From Eledone cirrhosa (Eukaryota), in contig OZ024753.1 in the NCBI GenBank assembly GCA_964016885.1, positions 46,686,001 through 46,750,000 on the forward strand: 64,000 nt of DNA, read 5' to 3'. Under the pieces are notes generated by a model that saw only the letters and a list, made by a program, of their open reading frames with translations, made no database searches and was not told where the DNA came from. Positions 12,261 to 26,200 of this stretch are shown piece by piece; the stretch's first letter is position 1; every line of letters begins with the position of its first letter. A program made the translations under genes and the position numbers.

Positions 12261-15217
12261 TCCATTGAAGAAAAGGTATGAAATAACAATAAAAACTTTC
12301 TTGAACAGATGACAGTAAAAAGTTAATGAGTGCTTACTTGGCAGACACAATTATACATAGACACACACACATATATACTGACACACATACACAGGTATAC
12401 ACTGACACACATATACATATATAGTATTGACACATACACACAAACTAGCCATACATTCATACAGATACATATATACATATATATATATGCCCTACATCTT
12501 TACAATACCTACACTCTATTTTCCCAAGTATGGAGTACTTTGTTGAACAATGGTTTTACTAGTCTAAACTGGTAACTTTCAGTCTACACACACACACACT
12601 TATATATATATGTGTGTGTGTGTGTGTATATATGGAGTCTTTTAAGAATATTTATTTACTTTACCGGTTTCACAGTTCTTATGATTTTCAAAAGTAAAAT
12701 TGAGATGGAGGGTTTGTGTTTCTGTTGTGGTTTGACTCGCATATATATATATTTATAAAGGTACCTGGCTTTGTGGTTAAAGAGTCATGATCATAAAGTT
12801 ATGGTATGTTCTGTTCTTGAGCAAAATAGTTTATTTCACATTGCTCCTTCTGCCAGGAGTTATGACCAATAGATAGTATCAATGATGGAAAGACCAATGG
12901 AAACATGAATTCCTCGGTCCAATCTCACCATCAGTACCTTTCCTCATTTTCCTTTACCAACAAACATGAAACAAAGACTTTGTGGAACTGTATCTCTGTG
13001 TTTATCTTTTTTAATCTTGTATATATAATCACATATATATAATCACATATGCCACCCACTTCAAAATGCCTTCATATTGACAACATTCCCAAAGCAAGTG
13101 GTTACATTTGTTTATGTCTACTATCAAAAAGTTATCCCTTTGTATCATCGACCATCAATGGTACATATCATACTGAGAATAAATTCTGAATCACTGCCAG
13201 GAAATGCATGCAGTCATACAATCCATGCTGGTATGGACAAAGTAGATGTAAAAATGATGATGATGATATAAAAGTTTTAGTTTGTATTGTTAATGTCTTT
13301 AGTCAAATACTGCAAATTTTCACAACAATCTGTCCACTAGTAAAGTAACTATAAACATTTGAATCAACAAACCTATTTTTAATAATTTTCTGCTAAGTCG
13401 TTGCTGAATGTTAAGAATTTACTTGAATAATTTTACATTTACATTATGTGTCCCTGATAAGCAGCTTACAACAACGGTAATGATAATGATAATTTATGAT
13501 ATTGATATTTAACATAGACCACAAGGTCTCAGATTCAGGGCAAAAGGGAACAGAATCAAATATATCAACCCCAGTGCATGTCTGGTATTTTATTTTATCA
13601 ACACTGTAATAAATGAAAGGTGAAGTTGACATGAGGTCATATTGAAATAGAGAAAGTAATAATATTTGTAAAGTTTAGAAAGCAAAATACTGAGATGAAA
13701 TTTGAGGAAGAGCAAATGTAGGTGTTGATGAGGAGCTTTAGAACAGGTATGGAGAACCCTTCAAATCCCTGGTGTAATACATTCAAATTTCAACCTGGTC
13801 ACTGATAAAGTTTTGCTAAAACTTCCATGAAATAATGTTTTAAAATTTTAGACCCAAAACAGTAAAGTTCCATATCAATTGGTCAAATATTTAGAAAATT
13901 TAGCAGAGTTGTTAATACCTGGGAGTATTTGTTCCAGATTTCTATAATCTGAGTTCAAATCTTATCATGGTAAACTACCTTTCATCCTTTTGGGGTACCA
14001 TTTCATGGTAGTGAAATGCATTCTTAGTTGGTCTGTGATGTGACCAGTGCAAACTGTACCAGTCTTTTCCCTTGGACAACAGAAGTGATATAAAGATGGG
14101 AGACTTGTATGAATGTGTGACCTCAGGTCTTCCACAAAAACCTGTCCAGGGCTGTGCCATGGACAAGAACATTCATGGTGCTGTCTCATGGAGTCATGAG
14201 ACATACAGAGGGCCCCAAGAGATATTTTTCTCATCAATGACATATCCCCTACAGATTCTTGAAACTCACTCCTGTTTGCTCTGCTTTAAAGGGTCACATC
14301 TTGAAATCTATATCAGAGAGTAATGTTGAAAATGGGGGAATAATTTAATGATGTGGTAGTGGGGCGGGGGTCTGTCACTTCTGACAGCTGATGTTCTAGT
14401 TGTTTGATCAATGGAACAGCCTGCTTATAAAATTAAAGTTCAAGTGTCTGCTCATTCCATAGATATGTGCACACAATGTAGTTCTCAGGGAGATTCAGCT
14501 TGATACAGACTGTAGCCCTTTGAATTACAGATGCAATTCATTTTAGCCAGTTATGTTGACTGGAGCAATGAGAAATAAAGATCTTGCCCAAGAACACAAT
14601 GCACCACTTGGAATTGAACTTTTGACCTTATGACAGTAAACTGAACTCCCTAAGCCATATATCTTCACACCTCCAAGAAGGAGCACTGTAAACTCAATAC
14701 AAGCACAGTTATGTAAGGAATTGACTGTCTGCAAGTTTCTAATAAATATTGATTTTTGTTGATTTTGTAAGGGAATAATTGAAAAAATACGATAGATAAT
14801 GAGTGGTTGCAAAAATGCTAGACACAAAATGACTATAAAAACGATCGTGACGAACGGTAGTGCCACATTTTTCATCAAAACCTATGCCAATAATATAGAT
14901 TTCAACTCTCTATACTATAAATTGGTTCCCATATGTAATTGAAAATGTAAAAAAAAAATAAGGATTGCACGAACCACTTCTTCTTCTCCCCCTTCCCCCA
15001 ATATATTAATCTATAATAGGATTTCAACATCCAGATGTAAGAATTCTCTATGACAAAGCTGTAGTAGTAGCAGCAGCAGCAGCAGCAGATATTGAAGTTC
15101 TCAGTGAATACTTTACAATTGATAGCTGGGGACTTGATTGTTTACTGAGTTCTTTAAAGAATTCTGGAAAAAAATAAAAATTTGGTAAATTACTTAGAAC
15201 TTAGGTTAGTAGTTCAC

Positions 15218-15262
<45 letters not shown>

Positions 15263-16722
15263 CAGCAGCAGCAGGAGCAGCAGCACGAAATATTCAATTT
15301 GCTAGAAGCTTCTATTCTTTCCTCAAAATAGATAGAAAAAAAAAAAAGGAGCTGTAACAACAGCAGCAATAACAGCAGCGGCAACAACAACAACAGTAAC
15401 AACAGCAGCAGTAACACAATAGAAATATCTGCATTCCTTAGAATTTGTTATACCCTAAGGATAGTACTTTTCTATGTGGAATCTTCTTCAGACCTTTTAC
15501 CGTTTCCAGTACTCAACACTATTACCATCATGTGTGCACAATGGTAAAAGTATCTTCTACTTGAGTTTAATCAATGCTTTATGAGTGAAATTTGGTTGAC
15601 AGGAACTATGTAGAAGCCCATTGTATATATAATATTAAGAAAGATTTTCTGGTCAGGAACAAAGAGAACCCCAATTAAATAAGGTACTCAATACAGTAGA
15701 GATTCAACCCTCCCTAATGTACCCTTATGTCTATAGTGTCTACCCCTCTACTAGTCATTGATTAGTATCAACTCCCTTTGTGCTATCCTCTCTACCTATA
15801 TTAACAATGGTTCGATCCAGTCTGTTGTACCCCTTCTCCCATTGTGTGTATCTCCCTACCTATGTCATTAATGGGTTCATCTAATCACCTGTATAACCCA
15901 CCCTTCTCTATACTCTCCCCCAAAAAATCTGGACACCTCTACCTGTGTTAGTCATTATTATTTATTTAATTGTCATATTGTCAGTGAAAGACAGCTGTTT
16001 TGTGTTTCATGTTTCTATGCACCATATGCTGTCCCTGTATGTAATACCCACGTGTGGTGGGTCAGCACCCTCTTAACTTTTAAGCTGAAAAGTGTGCAAA
16101 AGATTAAAAACAAAAGGCTGGACAGTTTTGTTGGCATTTTTACATGTTTGTTTATTGGAATAAAGGAAGAAGGAAATGGAAGATAGGGGAATGGGTTAAG
16201 TTAGAGTGATTAGGGTTCTGTTGGTAACATATATGTGTATGAGTGTATATAGAAGGATTAAGTAAATCTCTGTGGAGGAGGGGGAATTAATGTAGGTGTA
16301 TAAGGGGATTATATAAATGTGTGTATATATATATATTATATTCAGGTGTTCTCATTTAGGTTGTATATATGCCTATATCAATATGTGTTAATGTGTTTGT
16401 TATGTGTGCATATATATGCAAGTATATACACAAACACATACATAGAAACAGACACAGGCACACATACATCTATACATAGATGCATATTTACACACACAAA
16501 CATATATATACATACATGGATATATTAAAAGTATTTATTGTTATATACTCATATGTATATAGGATTACTTATATTTATCACAACTTTCTGAACAGCTGTT
16601 TACCTTGGGTGTTGTTTTTCTTGTTGGTGTAACCCCCAGGTAAGTTCTGAATAAGGCATTCCAGCCATGGCTATCTCTTCTTAATTTCATATATTTTATC
16701 ATATACCTATATATATACACAT

Positions 16723-17069
16723 ATCATCATCATCATCATCATCATCATTTTATGTCTGCTTTTTCCTGCTTGCAAGGGTGGGACGGGAACTGATTCTGGC
16801 TTGATTTCTACAGCTGGATGCCCTTCCTAACACCAACCTCATTTACAGTGAGTGCTGGGTGCTTTTTTGCCGTGGCACCTCCACGACCACTTTACAGTGG
16901 AATGATAGGGACCACAGTCCTATCATCTCATTTCTACAGCTGAGTAAACTGGATCAATGTGAAATAAAGTGTCTTGCTCAAGGAAACAACACATCACTTG
17001 GTCTGAGAATTGAACTCACAACCTTTCGATTGCAAGGCCAATGCTCTAACCACTAAGCCATGTGCCTCC
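16723..17069 (-). mobile_element. Same SINE family as 9846, reverse orientation
   Basis: Reverse complement of the same head, body and (GAT)n tail. Further partial copies near 14540-14670, 22737-22899 and 62700-62790. Confidence 0.85.
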
Positions 17070-17111
<42 letters not shown>

Positions 17112-17248
17112 AGGTATATGTATGTGTATGTATATGTGTGTATGTACGTATGTATATATATGTATGTATAGGTGTATGTACGAATATATATATGTGTGTG
17201 CGAGTGTATGCATGAGAGTGTGTGTGCATGTGCATGTATATGTATGTA

Positions 17249-17303
<55 letters not shown>

Positions 17304-17340
17304 ATATATATGTGTATATATATATATATATGTGTTTATG

Positions 17341-17403
<63 letters not shown>

Positions 17404-18200
17404 GAAAATATAGAAATTATTGTGAGCCAGAAGCCAACAGTATTTCATAATATATAAGTGATTATATCATCAAAATGGAAAATAATTAACGCAAGATATG
17501 GGAAAATAATTCAAACTCAATTAAAAAAAAAAAAAATATATATATTATTAGAAATGTAAGCTATCGCTGTATTTTGACTAAAGATATTAAAGAAATTATT
17601 TAGCCTGATAGTGGGGTTAAGAACCCTCAGAGAAATGGAAAAAGATGAGTATTGACGTACATATATGCGTATGTGTGTATGTAAATATTTGTATATATGT
17701 ATGTGTGTATATACTATTATGTATGTTTGTTGTGTGTGTGCCTGCCTATGTGTGTGTACGTGTGTAAGTGGGCATGTGAATGTGTTTGTTGACACCTGGA
17801 ATATATATTAAGAGAAACTTCACAATAAGGGGTCTCACCCCAACACTTGAATCTGTTGATGGAACCCTTTCTGCCTTTGTTCACCCTTACTTCAGCCATA
17901 AAGAATTAGCTTCTAAAGAATTTCCCTTTTCTTTAAACCATTGAACCCCACCCATCCTGTAGACACCTGTCTTACAGGCATTGTTAGTCTAAGTATTAAA
18001 CATGGATTGGTATTCCAATTTTGAATTTGTTTACAGTATTCTTTCTGCCTTTGTTAATATTATAGCTTTTAAGAATTAGCTTTTAATGAACACCCTTTTC
18101 TTTAAATCCTTCAACCAATGTCCTACACCCATCCCAATCCCCACCCTCTCCTACCACCAGATAAGGAAAGATATAAATACTACCATTTACTTGGACAGCC

Positions 18201-18251
18201 AGCTTCCTGATGATTTCTCAGGAATGAAACAGTTCTAGTCCTGTAGAAGCT
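18201..18251 (+). ncRNA. Minimal type I hammerhead ribozyme, core apparently intact
   Basis: Stem I AGCTTC/GAAGCT; core CTGATGA (18207-18213); stem II T-TTC-TCAG-GAA-T; GAAA (18226-18229); stem III ACAG/CTGT with loop TTCTAGTC; GUA cleavage triplet ending at 18245. Confidence 0.8.
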
Positions 18252-18769
18252 CTTCTATATTAAAACTTTTATACTCTGCTATGTTTATACTCTGCTATGT
18301 ATATATATATATATATATACACATACACACACACTATATTATTATCATCATCATCATCATCATTTAACATCCATCTTCCATGCTAGCATGGGTTAGACGG
18401 TTTTGTTCCATTTGATGCGGAATAGTCGGGAGATAACTTTGATAGGCCATGTCGAACTTAATAGTATTGTCCGGCGAAGTCTTTCAGATTATGAATTCAC
18501 AACCTAGTCATATTTTGGACGCTGCTGTCCACTCTAGTAAAGAGTTGTTGTTTTCAGAGACATATCCGGGTGTAAGGGATTTATCTGGGATTTCTTGGTG
18601 GAATTTATCCAAGAAATGTTTGAATATTAAATATATCATCATCATCGTTTAACGTCTATCTTCCACGCTAGCATGGGTTTAGACATATATATATATTTAC
18701 ATATGCACAAACTTACACACCTATATATATATATGTGTACACACACACACATATATATATATACTTGAA

Positions 18770-19158
18770 CAAGATGATTTACCCGGCGTTGCCCGGGGTT
18801 TTGAATTATGCTAAGAATATGCAGCTAGGAAGTAAAAGAAGATTATTTGTCCCCAACCTGTCAAAATAAGCAGAAGTCTTCAATAATTAATGCAAACGAA
18901 TATTTAGTGCAATCTTTGTACACATAAAACTATGCTGATAATGAAGGAAAACACTGAACAGGACACTTTAGAAAAAATAATTTTGCTATTGATTTTTTAT
19001 TGCTCAACGTGGGTCGATTTGAAAATTTTTTGTCGTGTGACCATCTTAGCGACAGGTGTAACGTGCATAGAAAATTTGGTCAAATTCGGTTGGAAATTGT
19101 AAAAGCCTTAGCTGTCCACAGATACACACACACACATCCTCGCTTTGATATATATAGA
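18770..19158 (-). mobile_element. Non-autonomous Helitron
   Basis: Minus strand begins A|TCTATATATAT, has an internal (TG)n, and ends with hairpin CCCGG-GCAACG-CCGGG followed ~8 nt later by CTTG|T (CTRR-like), inserted in an AT target. Confidence 0.7.
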
Positions 19159-19345
19159 TATTTCATAAAGATATATTTTGAACTATTGAAACTAATGAGA
19201 AAATGTAACTTAGATAAAGGTTTACTCTATTTTCATATAAAAATAGATGACAGACTGCAAGAAATACCAACGAAAAGCATGTGTGTGTATATATATATAA
19301 ATACACATATATCTACACATATATATATGTGTGTATGTATGTACA

Positions 19346-19389
<44 letters not shown>

Positions 19390-19954
19390 CACACATATAT
19401 ATATAAATATACCATCAGTTAATATGTGAAATGATAAATTTTATTTGAAGTTGTAGATTTTAATGAAATATTTATTTATGAAATAGTTCATCTATTTTTA
19501 TTGTTTTATTCACTGTTTGTGGCTGTTGTTATTGTTGTGATGGTAGTGGTGGTGGGGGTGGTAACTGTTGTTGTTACTGTGATGGTGGTGGGGATTGTAA
19601 CTGCTGTTGTTGTTTTTGTGATGTTTACTATTAAGGAACACCGGGCAAGACTAATTCAGAAACTGGTACAAAAATACGTGAAATAATTAATACAACAATA
19701 TAGACAAAACAGAGAGAGAGAGTGTGTATTTTGGGATCTGAAATTGGATTATATAGATACATGCGTGTGAGGGGAGTGATATGTGTGTGTGTATAGAGTG
19801 ATATATATATATATATATATATATATTAAAGAAGGACTTATGTCGGAAATGATGGAACCTCTTCCATTTTCTCCAGCATCATCCTAATATAGCTAATTTT
19901 GCTTCCTGTGTCTTGTTTTGTTTCATTTATTAACTATATGAGTGTGTGTGTGTG

Positions 19955-20009
<55 letters not shown>

Positions 20010-20164
20010 GATAACAAGTTATCGTTATAGGTAATCCAGTTAGAGGTTGTGAGTGCTCTGCGTCGTGGATTAGCGAACTCTAGACCCACATGATCAACAA
20101 AACAATTGTCAGTACTTTAAATAAAGCCCTTATTGTACAGCCAACCATGTTAATCTTCATTCTT

Positions 20165-20209
<45 letters not shown>

Positions 20210-21020
20210 ATCTGTGTGTGAGTGTGTGTATGTATATATATCTGTGTGTGAGTGTGTGTATACACATATATATATATGTGCATTATGTGTGTGTGTATTT
20301 TCCATTTTCTTTGATTTCTGAGTATTTTTTCCAATTTTTCATTAATTTTTATGTTACTGTTGTTGTTGTTGTTTGTTTGTTTGTCCAATTCATCATCATC
20401 ATCATTTTACATCCACTTTCCATGCTGCCTTGCATTTGATGAATTGTCACTACCCAAGTCAGTGTGACATCCATCCAAGATGGTTCACTGGAGATTATCT
20501 GTCATGATAGAAACGTCTTAGGCTCTCCTGCAGTGATTCAAAAAGAGAGATTGAAAAACTGCTGATCTTTGGAAACATTCTAGAGAATTAAAAAATTAAA
20601 AAATACAATAATTGAAGAAATTATATATATATTTTTATATTTATTTATTTATACAAATATATATTCATATACATGAATATATACATATATATACATATGT
20701 ATGTGTATATGTGTATACATACACATTTGTATGTATAATGTGTGTGTATATATATATATATATATATACCCAGGGAGTGTAACGTGAAGTTACTGTAGGT
20801 TCACCTAGGTGAGCACTCGATGTTCAGGTTCACATCAGTAGCGAGGTGTAGAGCTATATATCAATATAAATATATATATATATATATTGATATATATATT
20901 GATATATATATATATATATGTATATTCTATATATATATATGTGTGTATGTATATATATATGTGAACACTGCCTGAATTGCATGCGCAAAAACTTTGCAAC
21001 TTTCAAATATATATATATAT

Positions 21021-21142
21021 AAAACAAAGAAAGTGTGGTAGGGAACTAGGTGGACCATAATGCACCAGATGACTCGAAAGTTAGAGTAGTAGAGTGGGTA
21101 ATAGGAAAAAGTCTCTTTTCCTATTACCCACTCTTTTCCTAT
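21021..21142 (+). mobile_element. Third, diverged copy of the 32296 family, palindrome core missing
   Basis: GTGTGGTAGGGAAC..GGACCATAATGCACCA..GTAGAGTGGGTAATAGGAA tail; residual inverted repeat 21091-21109 / 21116-21134; (TA)n flanks. Confidence 0.7.
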
Positions 21143-21894
21143 ACATATATATATATATATATATAATTAAACATCTTTATTATATGATCTGTACAAATTA
21201 TTGTTTAATTAATTGTGTAGGTCAAAAGATCAGGAAATAATGATGATAAATTAAATATATAAACTAATTAAATAAATAAATAATAGAATTCATTGTAACA
21301 AATAAATTGATAAACAGAAAATACAATTCTTCTTTGTTTTGCAACTTTATAAAAAATTTGACAGTCTGATTTAATGCTATATTGTTAAAAATATTTGTAT
21401 ATAACTTTAACCCTTGTCCCAGCACACAGCACAGTCTACTGTGTTTTAAAGCTACTTATGCTATATACAACATTAAAGATAGTGAAATCACAGAGTTCGA
21501 AAAGCATTGAAAAAAATACCTTGCCATATTTGTTCAAAAGTCTTTGTCTTTGGAGATTGAATACCCCTGAAGTCAATTTTGATTCTCATCCTTCGAACAG
21601 TTTGATACATAAAGTACCAGTTTAAGTCTGTGGATTGGTAAATTGGTTTGAGCATCAAAGAAAATATCTGGCTTTCTGAGTTTGAATACCATTGAAATCA
21701 ATGTTGCCGTTCATAATTTCAGCTGTGTCAAAGACAATTTCCCTAGAGATGGTTGTATGATTGAAATACATTCTGTAAAGTGTAGGAATGTATGTAAGCA
21801 AGATGTAGTCAGTTATTTTAACTATGACTATCACATAATTTCAAGAGGATATCTAGAACTACATTATCTAATGCATGTATTTCTTTTTCTTTTT

Positions 21895-22145
21895 TAAGAT
21901 GGTATAATGTGTAATATGTGAGTTAAGATGGTAGGGTGTGAAATTTGTGGGTTAAGATCGTGGAATGTAGGGGTTATTAGGGTAGAATGTATAATGTGGG
22001 AGTTAAGATGGTAAAATGTGAAATGTGTGTGCCAAGATAGTAGAATGTGAAATGTGTGGATAAAGATGGTAAATATGAAGTATATGAGTTAAGATGGCAG
22101 AATGTGAAATGTGAGGGTTGTTAAGATGGAATGTGAAATGTGTAT
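21895..22145. repeat. Degenerate ~28-bp tandem repeat (GTTAAGATGGTAGAATGTGAAATGTGTG-like)
   Basis: About 9 diverged units visible. Confidence 0.75.
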
Positions 22146-23152
22146 GAGATTTAGCTGATATCTAGCATCTTAAATGATTTGTGTAAAGGTTCCATTATTG
22201 GCTCACTTTTGTCGTTCTTTTCTTTAAGGGAGATTTAGCTGCTGTTTCTAGCAAATAAAGCAACACATGTAGAAGATCCCTCATAGACTTGCTATTGTTG
22301 TTGCTATATTTAGTTGGGTTGATCAGAGATCAGAAATGAGATGTTTAACTCTATTATTTATGACCATGTAATCTTGTTTAACAATGTATTGTAATAGCAA
22401 TCATCTGTTTTGATAGTAGAAGAGGGGGGGGAGGGGACTAGTCTTAAACCAACCAGCCAGTGTTTTGGTAGCAGAGGAGGTGGGCAGATTTATACCAACT
22501 AATCAACTGGCCAAATCAAATTATCTTCATTTGTTTTGCACTGGTTTTAAATTCAAGGCACGAGAAATAAATGATTAGCTGCAAATTCTGAACAACAACT
22601 GCTGTAACAACAATAATAACAATAATGGTTTCTGATTTAGACACAAGGCCAGTGTATTACTGGTATTTTATTTTATCAGCCCCGTAAGGATGAAAGGCAA
22701 AGCTAACCTTGGCAAGATCTGAACTCAGAACGTAAAAAAGAAAAAAAAAGGATCGATTGACTTTCGTCAAGGTAGAAGGGGCAACGTGAAATAAAGTCTC
22801 TTGCTCAAGGACATAACGCATCGTCCAGTCCAAGAATCGAACTCACAACCTGAAGATTGTGAATCCAATTCTCTAACCATTCAGCCACATGCCTTCACTT
22901 CAGAACGTAAAGAGCTGGATAATAATAATAATTTTTCTTATCTTTAATTTGCAACAAGAACTCAAGATGGTGGCATTACAGGTACCCCAAGGAGGGTACA
23001 ATACAGATACAAAATACAAAAACCTGTGAGAGTGGAGTGTAATTTACATGAAGAAAAGGGGACATCAGAAAATAATGATATTAAAAAAGATAAAGATAAA
23101 TAAGAAAAACAATAATATAATAATGAAAATGATTATTTCATTATTGATCAAG

Positions 23153-23871
23153 AAGGGATATAGAACATCATAGAGATGTGATAGGGAAGGGTTATAGAAC
23201 ATAATAGAGTGGTGATAGGGAAGGGTTATAGAACATGATAGAGATGTGATAGGGAAGGGTTATAGAACATATGATAGAGATGTGATAGGGAAGGGATATA
23301 GAATGTATGATAGAGATGTGATAGGGAAGGGTTATAGAACATATGATAGAGATGTGATAGGGAAGGGTTATAGAACATATGATAGAGATGTGATAGGGAA
23401 GGGTTAACTTTGCCTTTCATCCTTACGGGGTCGATAAAATAAAGTACCAGTAATGTACTGGGTAATTTTCTGGCCTTGTGCCAATAGTAGAAACAGTTAT
23501 AGAACTATGATAGAGATGTGATAGGGAAGGGTTATAGAACATATGATAGAGATGTGATAGGGAAGGGTTATAGAACATATGATAGAGATGTGATAGGGAA
23601 GGGTTATAGAACGTATGATAGAGATGTGATAGGGAAGGGTTATAGAACATATGATAGAGATGTGATAGGGAAGGGTTATAGAACTATGATAGAGATGTGA
23701 TAGGGAAGGGTTATAGAACTATGATAGAGATGTGATAGGGAAGGGTTATAGAACATATGATAGAGATGTGATAGGGAAGGGTTATAGAACGTATGATAGA
23801 GATGTGATAGGGAAGGGTTATAGAACGTATGATAGAGATGTGATAGGGAAGAGTTATAGAACTATGATAGG
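23153..23871. repeat. ~36-bp minisatellite GATAGAGATGTGATAGGGAAGGGTTATAGAAC(A/G)TAT interrupted by a SINE fragment
   Basis: About 17 head-to-tail units without spacers; interruption at 23401-23499. Confidence 0.95.
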
Positions 23872-24181
23872 TGTAAATAACATTAAAGCCAATAGCAAGA
23901 AATCTTAATTCTTAAGTGGAATTTTTGTAATGTTTTAGAGCCTGTCCCTCTCCATCATAGGCCTACACATTCCGGACAGCCCAGGGCTTGTCCCTCTCCG
24001 CTACAGATGTAAACATTTGAGGCAGTCTAGGGCTTGTCCCTTTTGCACTGATTGTGTCACACTGATTCAGACTGAGTATTGTATTAGAGTTATTTTTGTC
24101 TGTGGAATACTCAAACACAGAACAGAAAATAAGTCACAGTTACTAAGGTACTCAATATGTTTGTAGAGCAGGTAGATATAA

Positions 24182-24269
24182 CTTCTACAGGACTAGAACT
24201 ACTTCGTTCATTTGAAATCATGAGGAAGGATAAATACAAAAAAATGAAACAGTCCTAGCCATGTAGAAG
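24182..24269. repeat. Decayed fold-back of two copies of the 18201 hammerhead family
   Basis: Minus strand CTTC-CTCATGA-TTTCAAATGAAC-GAAGT-AGTTCTAGTCCTGTA-GAAG at 24182-24228; plus strand 3' half GAAACAGTCCTAGCCATGTAGAAG at 24246-24269. Confidence 0.65.
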
Positions 24270-24426
24270 ACATTTCTCTCTCTCTATATATATATATCAT
24301 ATAGAAATTACTTCATATATATATATAATCATAATCATCATCATCATTAATGGCTATTTTCCATGGTTGTGTATGCATACCAATCACACACACCCACTAC
24401 TATGGGATGCTGATATATATATATAC

Positions 24427-24490
<64 letters not shown>

Positions 24491-24503
24491 CATATATATA
24501 TAC

Positions 24504-24589
<86 letters not shown>

Positions 24590-25344
24590 TATACATATAT
24601 ATATACATATATATACTCTGTCTGACACCTGATGTTCTCTACCTAAGACACCCAAAAGGTTTGTTGAAATGTCAGATAAGCTTAATATGGTCAGTGGCGG
24701 TGATGCTGAGGTTAGTGATGTTGATGATGATGGTGGAGGTGATGTATGTGTCTGTGTGTCTGTGTTTTACTAATCAAAATGGAGAGAGAGGGTGGAGGAG
24801 ATAAATAATGAACAATAATCAATATTTATGAGATTTAGCTAAAGTGCACAACAAAACTAAAGTAACAACAACTACAACAACAACAGTAACAACATTAATT
24901 ACAAAATCAACAACAATTTCTATTCATTAGATTTCAACAATAAAAGCAATATTTTTAACAAAATAATATTAATAATAAATATTTCTCACATAATAATGAC
25001 TACAATGATTTTTAACGTAAAAATACTAATAATAATGATACCAATGAGAATAATAAAAATAATGGTAGTAATGATAATAATAATGATAATAATAATGATA
25101 CCAATGAGAATAATAAAAATAATGGTAGTAATGATAATACTAATAATACTGATGATAATAATAGCATTTTTAGATAACAATTCTAAATTTTTGTACAAAA
25201 GAGAAAAAATAGAAAATTGGTAAATTGTAGTGGTAGCTTCATTGTGAAGAATGTTTGAATAGAATTGTTCCCAATGAAGAACTACTAGGTGGTCATAGCA
25301 GTCTTATTGCACACCAATGCTGGACTGTAATTGTTCTTAATAAT

Positions 25345-25530
25345 AATTGTTTCTACTTTTGGCACAAGGCCAGCAATTATCCCAGTGTATTACTGGTACT
25401 TTATTTTATCGACCCCGTAAAGATGAAAGGCAAAGTTAACCTTGGCAGGATTTGAACTCAGAACGTAAAAGGCCATAACTCTGTGCTGTAAAGCATGGTG
25501 TCTGATGCTCTACCGATGCTGCCAATTCAC
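25345..25530 (-). mobile_element. tRNA-derived SINE with Nin/Deu-like central domain (representative copy)
   Basis: Domain GCCTTTCATC(C/T)TTACGGGGTCGATAAAATAAAGTACCAG, B box GAGTTCAAATCC, end GGCCTTGTGCCAAAAGTAGAAAC + (TTA)n. Other copies at ~505-560, 22625-22920, 23401-23499, 29600-29820, 36705-36870, 38450-38705, 48720-48920 and 63650-63825. The domain name is from memory. Confidence 0.8.
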
Positions 25531-25549
25531 CATAATAATAATAATGGTA

Positions 25550-25722
25550 TCAATCCCCACAGATAATGATATGTCTGCCAAGGAAATGATGAAATTATCC
25601 AAATATAAAGATTTGGAGATAAAAATAACCTAAATGTGGATGATGAAAACATAAACAATACCTATAATAATAGGTGCTTTGGGAAGGATTATAAAACACA
25701 CAGACAAATACATAACCCAAAC
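25550..25722 (+). mobile_element. R4/Dong-like LINE fragment
   Basis: SIPTDNDMSAKEMMKLSKYKDLEIKIT*MWMMKT*TIPIIIGALGRI directly after (ATA)n. Confidence 0.75.
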
Positions 25723-26029
25723 CTGTAATGCAATGATGATACAATAAACTATGACTACTACTAATAATAATAATAACAATTTCCTTTATTGGCCTCAGGG
25801 GCCGAAGACATTAGAGGGAATACAAAAGCAATGCAGAGTTTACATCAAGTAAAGGAAAGAGGACGTGACTGAAGAGAAAACAGTAGGAATAACATTTATA
25901 GAAATTGTAATAAATATACATAACAATAGAAAAAAAAATGGTTTCTAATTTAGATACAAGGTCAACAATTTGAGGTATGGGAAAGTTGGTTATATCAACC
26001 CCAGTATTTAACTGGTACTTATATATATA

Positions 26030-26200
26030 CAGGTAAAATTCCATTATAATAAATACCATTACAACGAATTTTTCAATATAACATTTTTTTCAATCCCCGG
26101 CTAAAGACTCGATATGTTAGGTCGATCTCGTAATAAAGAAATTTTCATTACAATGGATTTTTTTATACCCCGTAAATTTAGTTATAATGGAATTTCACTG
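26030..26200. mobile_element. Tc1/mariner-pogo type MITE
   Basis: Terminal inverted repeats CAG(G)TAAAATTCCATTATAA / TTATAATGGAATTTCACTG in a TA context, with internal subterminal repeats. Confidence 0.7.

Noticed and set aside
23153-23871. 36-bp repeat array resembling CRISPR
   Set aside because: Units are contiguous with no unique spacers, there are no cas genes, and the context is eukaryotic.
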